From contig DASXHH010000004.1 of assembly GCA_036488585.1 (NCBI GenBank), positions 65,254-129,253 on the forward strand: DNA of 64,000 nucleotides, given 5' to 3'. Made by a program: the position numbers and the translations under genes. Every line of letters begins with the position of its first letter. Positions within the stretch are counted from its first letter, which is position 1. Origin of the DNA: Candidatus Saccharimonadia bacterium. GTDB lineage: Bacteria; Patescibacteriota; Saccharimonadia; UBA4664. Below the pieces are notes generated by a model. It ran no database searches and was not told the origin of the DNA. It was given only the letters and a program-made list of their open reading frames with translations. Positions 59,380-64,000 of this stretch are shown one piece after another.

Positions 59380-59492
59380 AACAAAAGGGTGGAACATCAA
59401 ACATTACGAAATCCGCAGAGTGGTATCCAAGAATTGTATCTATCTCTCTTACGGACAGCTCTTCGGCCCAATTCTCACTAAGATTCTTTACT
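59380..59492 (-). pseudogene. Degraded YybH/SnoaL-like fragment
   Basis: ENWAEELSVREIDTILGYHSADFVMFDVP resembles QNWAMAVRSRDLDTILAHHSPDMVMFDVP of the 56845 gene. Confidence 0.6.
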
Positions 59493-59663
59493 ATACCAAA
59501 CCGGTGGGACTAAACCGGTGGGCACCGTGGAGACCACGAACATAAATAACAGTTTTGCAAAGCTGTTATTTATCCTGGAGTGTCATCATACTTCCAAAAT
59601 ATTACGCTTATATTGTATAAATGCACAATGCTTTTGCGGCGGGTTCGGTAATATTGTTTCCAA

Positions 59664-59696
59664 GTTGTATTCAGGCAATGTTGTATTCAGGCAATG
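59664..59696. repeat. 16-bp perfect tandem duplication
   Basis: GTTGTATTCAGGCAAT x2. Confidence 0.85.
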
Positions 59697-59751
59697 ATTT
59701 ATTAAACAGTAAACGTAAGGTGAGGACGTCTACTAATCAGGATCCTCCCCC

Positions 59752-60492
59752 ATGAACAATAAAGTTAAAAATTCCGCTAGGAGCAGGTACCCCAACCAGT
59801 TCAGCGAGAGATTATTGGTTGATTTGAAAGCGAAGTCGAACCAGCCGACCCTGGATTTGCGAGGTTATGGTGAAGAGCCGCGCAAATCCGCCCATGTTCT
59901 GGATTTGAGCCGTGATCAAACCAACAGGCTCGCCACTGAATTAAAGGACAATTTTTTTGAAATGATGCCGGCTACTCCTCTAGCGCCCAGGCGGTTTGAC
60001 GTCGACGGTATCAAGCCGGCCCTAGCCGACCGTCTTGGAGACAGGCACTGGCGCAAAGCGGCGCTTCCGATCGTCGCCATTGCCGGGCTGCTAGGTATAA
60101 TTGGTACCGCCCAGCTGATGTTCGCGCCTCACAATTTGAACACTAAACCCGCAGCCACCGAACCGGCCGGCAAGGGATCCAGCACAAGTTCCAGTACAGG
60201 TGTCAATTCGACAGCCCAATCCGGCTCGCAGCCCCCGGTCGTCCAGCAATCTGGGGGTGCTACAGTCGGCGGCTCCAGATCCACGTCCGGTGGCTCGTCA
60301 TCCTCATCCCCGGCTGGCGGGGGGACCTCTACGCATCCAGCAGCAGGCGGCTCGGGCGGCGCTGCAGGTAGCGGTGGCTCCGCGCAGACGCCTTCTGGCG
60401 GTTCGCAAACGATTGACCCGGCAATTACCGTTCCTGGTGCCGGTACCGCACGAGTAGAAGTCCAACCGACGCCAGCTCTGCTGGGTCCGTAA
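59752..60492 (+). CDS. Single-TM hypothetical protein with Gly/Ser-rich tail
   Basis: TM LPIVAIAGLLGIIG; low-complexity C-terminus. Confidence 0.75.
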   Translation: MNNKVKNSARSRYPNQFSERLLVDLKAKSNQPTLDLRGYGEEPRKSAHVLDLSRDQTNRLATELKDNFFEMMPATPLAPRRFDVDGIKPALADRLGDRHWRKAALPIVAIAGLLGIIGTAQLMFAPHNLNTKPAATEPAGKGSSTSSSTGVNSTAQSGSQPPVVQQSGGATVGGSRSTSGGSSSSSPAGGGTSTHPAAGGSGGAAGSGGSAQTPSGGSQTIDPAITVPGAGTARVEVQPTPALLGP

Positions 60493-60675
60493 TATCGAGC
60501 TAAGCTTTGCGGTAGTGAATAAAAATAACGGCTGTAGAGCCGTTATTTAAGAATAAGTGCTTTGGAGGGCCATCGTAGTAAATAGTACCACTTTGTAGCA
60601 CTGTGCGATTTTGCCGCTGAAGTGTTCATAGAAAACTTGCGTGGGTCGGGAAGGCTATCGTGGGCGCTGTCGTAA

Positions 60676-61224
60676 CTATATTTTCCTCATACGAAGTAGA
60701 ATCAGCCGAATAGTTTTAGGTGTCCGACTCGTAATGTCTTTGCCGAACTGCTTTTCTAGCCATGTCATATAGTCTGGGGTTTTGCCACTAGTTAAATCAA
60801 CGGACCCGTACGTAGCGTTCGCTATACGGCCCAAGAGAGTGTATGGTTTGTTCTTCGGTGTGTGGGGCAATTCCAGTGTAATAGTTTGTGCATGCCTAAA
60901 GAATGTAATTAACAGGTAAGAAGATTTGTTATGATCTTGCTCAAGGCCCTTAAACGGGTCAGAATCAATCAAATGTTGGAGTTCTGACTCGCTTCTTACT
61001 ATGACGCTTCTGCTAAATCCAAGTTTTTGCGGCAAAGCTTTTTCTATACGCCCAGCCAAAGCTTCTTCATCGTTGCTTGGGCTTTCAAATATAATATTTC
61101 CACTAGCGAGTACGACCTGAACGCCAGTAAACCCGAGACCCTCAAAGAAAGACTTAAACTTTTCGCTCGTCATGTTAGGGTCGCCTGGCCCAATCCCTCG
61201 TAACATGGCGGCATACTTCATCAT
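60676..61224 (-). CDS. DUF1697 family protein
   Basis: YAAMLRGI, LGF..V...LASGNIIF, TSRT. Confidence 0.88.
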   Translation of the reverse strand: MMKYAAMLRGIGPGDPNMTSEKFKSFFEGLGFTGVQVVLASGNIIFESPSNDEEALAGRIEKALPQKLGFSRSVIVRSESELQHLIDSDPFKGLEQDHNKSSYLLITFFRHAQTITLELPHTPKNKPYTLLGRIANATYGSVDLTSGKTPDYMTWLEKQFGKDITSRTPKTIRLILLRMRKI

Positions 61225-61368
61225 GAGACCACTATAGCAAAACACTCCACGTTTCGAGGTTATACCAAAAATAACGGCTTTGTGAAGCCTTTATTTTGCG
61301 AATTATGACTGGAGGGTCATCGTAGAGGCTACCGCAACGGAATTCCAGCGCCGGCCCGCAGGGTTACA

Positions 61369-62343
61369 TCATTTCTCGACGAATGAACAGAGCTCATCCC
61401 AAATTGGGTCGGCGATGTCGATTTCGTCCAAAGAGTTTGCCTTGTCGGTGAGCTGATCGCCGCGCTCGCCCGGCAGCAATACCATCTGGCCGGCGAGCGG
61501 CTTGGCCGAGGCCACTTTCCCGACTAACTCTGTGGCATTTTTAAGGTACGCATCTTTGCCAATAAGTAAGCCGGGGTCGAGTGCCATAACAAACATGCCT
61601 GCACCCTCATCTTTATTGGCGTCCACAAATGACGCGCCGGAGAATGGTCCGCCGAGAAGCTGGACGAGTAACGAGAGGCCAAAGCCCTTATGTCCGGCAA
61701 AAGTCGAGACGGAGCCGTCGAGAGCTTTGGCGGCATCAGTGGTGGGGTTGCCATCGGCATCGAAGCCAACGCCTTCCGGCAGTGGCTCACCCTTGAGCTT
61801 GTACTCCATGACGCCAAAAAAGGCCATGGCAGCGGTGGCGGTGTCGAAGACGACGGATTGCTTGCTGGTTGGAAAAGCATAGGCGAGCGGGTTGGTGCCG
61901 AGCTTGGCTACAGACGAGCCGTGGGGCGCGACGAAAGGGGGTGTTCCGACGCAGATGAGACCGATGTAGCCGGCATCGGCGATCTTGCGGGCGAAGTAGC
62001 CAATGGCGCCGGAGGAGGTGAAGGTGTGGTTTGAGCCGACAATACCGACGCCATGCTCGGCCGCGAGTTCGTTGGCGAGTTTTACGGCCTTGTCGGTGGC
62101 AACCATGGCATGGCCGCCCGAGATGAGTGCGCCGCACTTATTGCGTTTGACCACCCGGTATTCTTCGACTTCGCCGGCTTTGGGCACGCCGCCCGTGGCG
62201 ATTTTGGTGATGCCTTGGTTGTTGCCTCGGAGTTGCGCGTAGAGCAGAGTTTCGGCGATTATTTTGGCCTCCTCCCCCTTATAGCCAAGCTTGGCCACCC
62301 CAGCATTTACTTTGCCCTTGAGTTCCTGAACCTTAACTTTCAT
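61369..62343 (-). CDS. Ldh_2 (malate/L-lactate/sulfolactate dehydrogenase) family oxidoreductase
   Basis: LGTNPLAYAFP, FDTAT, GHKGFGL, LPGE. Confidence 0.9.
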   Translation of the reverse strand: MKVKVQELKGKVNAGVAKLGYKGEEAKIIAETLLYAQLRGNNQGITKIATGGVPKAGEVEEYRVVKRNKCGALISGGHAMVATDKAVKLANELAAEHGVGIVGSNHTFTSSGAIGYFARKIADAGYIGLICVGTPPFVAPHGSSVAKLGTNPLAYAFPTSKQSVVFDTATAAMAFFGVMEYKLKGEPLPEGVGFDADGNPTTDAAKALDGSVSTFAGHKGFGLSLLVQLLGGPFSGASFVDANKDEGAGMFVMALDPGLLIGKDAYLKNATELVGKVASAKPLAGQMVLLPGERGDQLTDKANSLDEIDIADPIWDELCSFVEK

Positions 62344-62493
62344 GCTCGTCCTCGATGCGGTTATGTGGCCCTTACTATAGCAAAAAGCTACATAACAAAA
62401 TAACGGCTCCGTGGAGCCGTTATTTTGTTAATAATTCCCGTAGGACCACCGTGAAGGCTATCGCATCTGCGGTTCAGTTTGCCGAAACCTCAC

Positions 62494-63501
62494 CTATTTT
62501 AGAATCCGAATTCTCTTAAAGTTCTTTCCGGTAAGCTTGGGGATCTCCATATCCACAAACTCGAAACTGGTTTCTTCTAGCTGGGCAGGCGAAAGAATTA
62601 GTTGCCGATAACTGTCGACTTTTGGCCTGAGGACGCCTGCACCCACCCAAAATTTCATGACGGAGTCTTTCGTTGTCCCTACCGAAATCATGGTGCCGGA
62701 CGGCAGGGGCTGCGTAAAGACTAGGATCTTTTCGGGACGATTCTTGTGATAACCAGGCTCAGCCTTGGTTGCCATATAAGCGTTGTGAAGGTGATAGACC
62801 TTTTCCTTCCAGAGCGGATCCCGAGTCTGATCAAGTGTGACCTTAGTGTTGAGCTCAACAGAGGCGCGTTGCTCGGCGGTGAGCTGCGGCAAACCGCCCG
62901 GGGTGGCTGCGATGAGCTTCGCTAGACTTCGTGTCAGTGATTGGTCAAACGCCTCAGGTGACTCAAACCGACTGCCAACCGGAGTGATAGTCATTTTGAG
63001 GTTTTTGGGCTGATAGGGTTTGAGAAAATCCATCACTGCTTGGTAGCTCGAGATGTATGTATGAATGTCCTTAAGCGGAATATTATCGATTTTGGGCACA
63101 ATGAGATCATCCACAAAGAAATCAAACCAGACGCCGGGTTCATAGATTTCGCAGATGGCCTTTACCCAGCGGGTGTAATACATTAGGGCAAAGAGCTCGG
63201 CCCAGTCTGCCTCGGGCGATTCCTTGAGCCGCCAAAGTTTGTACGCGCCGTGGAGGAAGGTGAAGTTGATGGGATGGCGCTGCTCGACATTGACACGGAT
63301 AGCTTCGCGAACATGTTCGACCAGGGTGTCATTTGCCGAGTACTTACGAAATTTTTTGGACATGACGGCTCTAAAAATGGCCTCTTGCAGCCCATAATCG
63401 TTCGCGGGCACTGGCTGAGCAGAAGGCTCGGCAAGATCATCTAGTTTGGATAGGATGTAGTCTTGAGGTGTCATAGGTAATTGGAGATGCGGGGTGGACA
63501 T
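62494..63501 (-). CDS. Hypothetical protein, distant resemblance to the Dit1/PvcA family
   Basis: GAYKLW..PEADWAELFAL...ICEIYEPG...VDD. Confidence 0.7.
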   Translation of the reverse strand: MSTPHLQLPMTPQDYILSKLDDLAEPSAQPVPANDYGLQEAIFRAVMSKKFRKYSANDTLVEHVREAIRVNVEQRHPINFTFLHGAYKLWRLKESPEADWAELFALMYYTRWVKAICEIYEPGVWFDFFVDDLIVPKIDNIPLKDIHTYISSYQAVMDFLKPYQPKNLKMTITPVGSRFESPEAFDQSLTRSLAKLIAATPGGLPQLTAEQRASVELNTKVTLDQTRDPLWKEKVYHLHNAYMATKAEPGYHKNRPEKILVFTQPLPSGTMISVGTTKDSVMKFWVGAGVLRPKVDSYRQLILSPAQLEETSFEFVDMEIPKLTGKNFKRIRILK

Positions 63502-63714
63502 GACTCCACCGTGGTTAGCTTTGCAAGCTAGCACCTATTCTCGGCCACCGCATCGCCACGGATAATTGTCACTGTTGCAACTGCCGTAAGGGGCATCGGG
63601 CGTGAGCTGCATACGGCGTCCCTTACCTAGCGCTCGATTTCCCGATAAAGCGTATACACTACTTGGGCGTAGCGAGGGAGCACTACGGCTTCATAAAATT
63701 GTTCGAGAAACTTT

Positions 63715-64000
63715 TCATCCATAATAATTCCCAACACCCCGGTTTACCGGCTCGGTCATTTCTAAGTCCCAGACTGCGCAATTAGGGATTTGTTCTGTGA
63801 TTAGACTTTCAAGTGTAGAGACTCCTAACGCTGCACGAATTACCCTCATTGGGCCACCATGGGCCACTACTAGTACATCCTCATCTGGACGCTGATCGTA
63901 TATCTCATTCAGGAACTCTAATACGCGTTCACTTAAATCTGTCCACGACTCACCACCTGGAGCTTTCTTGGTTAAGGCGGTCCCCTCTAGTAGTTGCCAG
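63715..64000 (-). CDS. Histidine phosphatase (PGAM family), 5' part off the window
   Basis: Manual translation: PGGESWTDLSERV...VLVVAHGGPMR...IPNC. Confidence 0.88.
   Translation of the reverse strand, partial: WQLLEGTALTKKAPGGESWTDLSERVLEFLNEIYDQRPDEDVLVVAHGGPMRVIRAALGVSTLESLITEQIPNCAVWDLEMTEPVNRGVGNYYG

Larger units (their letters stand above)
54179..62470. repeat. Dispersed intergenic repeat family (terminator hairpin + TGGAGGGCCATCGTAG core), at least 9 copies
   Basis: Copies near 54179, 55069, 56398, 57341, 58259, 58776, 60521, 61267, 62397; weaker remnants near 56876 and 59519. Confidence 0.85.

Noticed and set aside
54179-62470. CRISPR array or classical attC integron
   Set aside because: Spacers are gene-sized, the repeats are degenerate, no cas or intI gene is present, and no RYYYAAC/GTTRRRY box pair was recognised
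63628-63723. Short ORF MDEKFLEQFYEAVVLPRY... after the phosphatase
   Set aside because: About 31 codons with no recognisable motif; cannot be supported

Overview
Bacterial chromosome window (genetic code 11), most consistent with a Patescibacteria/CPR organism, probably Saccharimonadia; this is inferred from gene content and apparently leaderless genes. About 1-19 kb is housekeeping (tatD, metG, rsmA, pyrH, pcrA, tpiA, pgk, pyk, a G5/transglycosylase protein, a TetR-regulated ABC exporter). The rest is accessory-rich. Main observations: (1) two tandem TasA-like pilin + SipW peptidase pairs, in which each peptidase carries a fused tail whose predicted mature N-terminus mirrors its partner pilin; (2) two protein-free, hairpin-dense transcription units of ~600 nt (22.65-23.25 kb) and ~280 nt (47.32-47.60 kb), each between a near-consensus TTGACA-17-TG-n-(-10) promoter and an intrinsic terminator; (3) an AT-richer cassette encoding an N-acyl amino acid synthase, ThiF, an acyltransferase and a nitroreductase (split oxzAB-like), which includes the sensor half of a 7TM histidine kinase; (4) an array of mostly single-gene cassettes at 54-63.5 kb separated by at least 9 copies of a terminator + TGGAGGGCCATCGTAG repeat resembling a tRNA 3' end; (5) an unlisted YVDPGTGS small protein upstream of NoeA-like and sulfatase-like genes. 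One tRNA-Glu(TTC) is present. No CRISPR, rRNA, integrase or transposase was seen.
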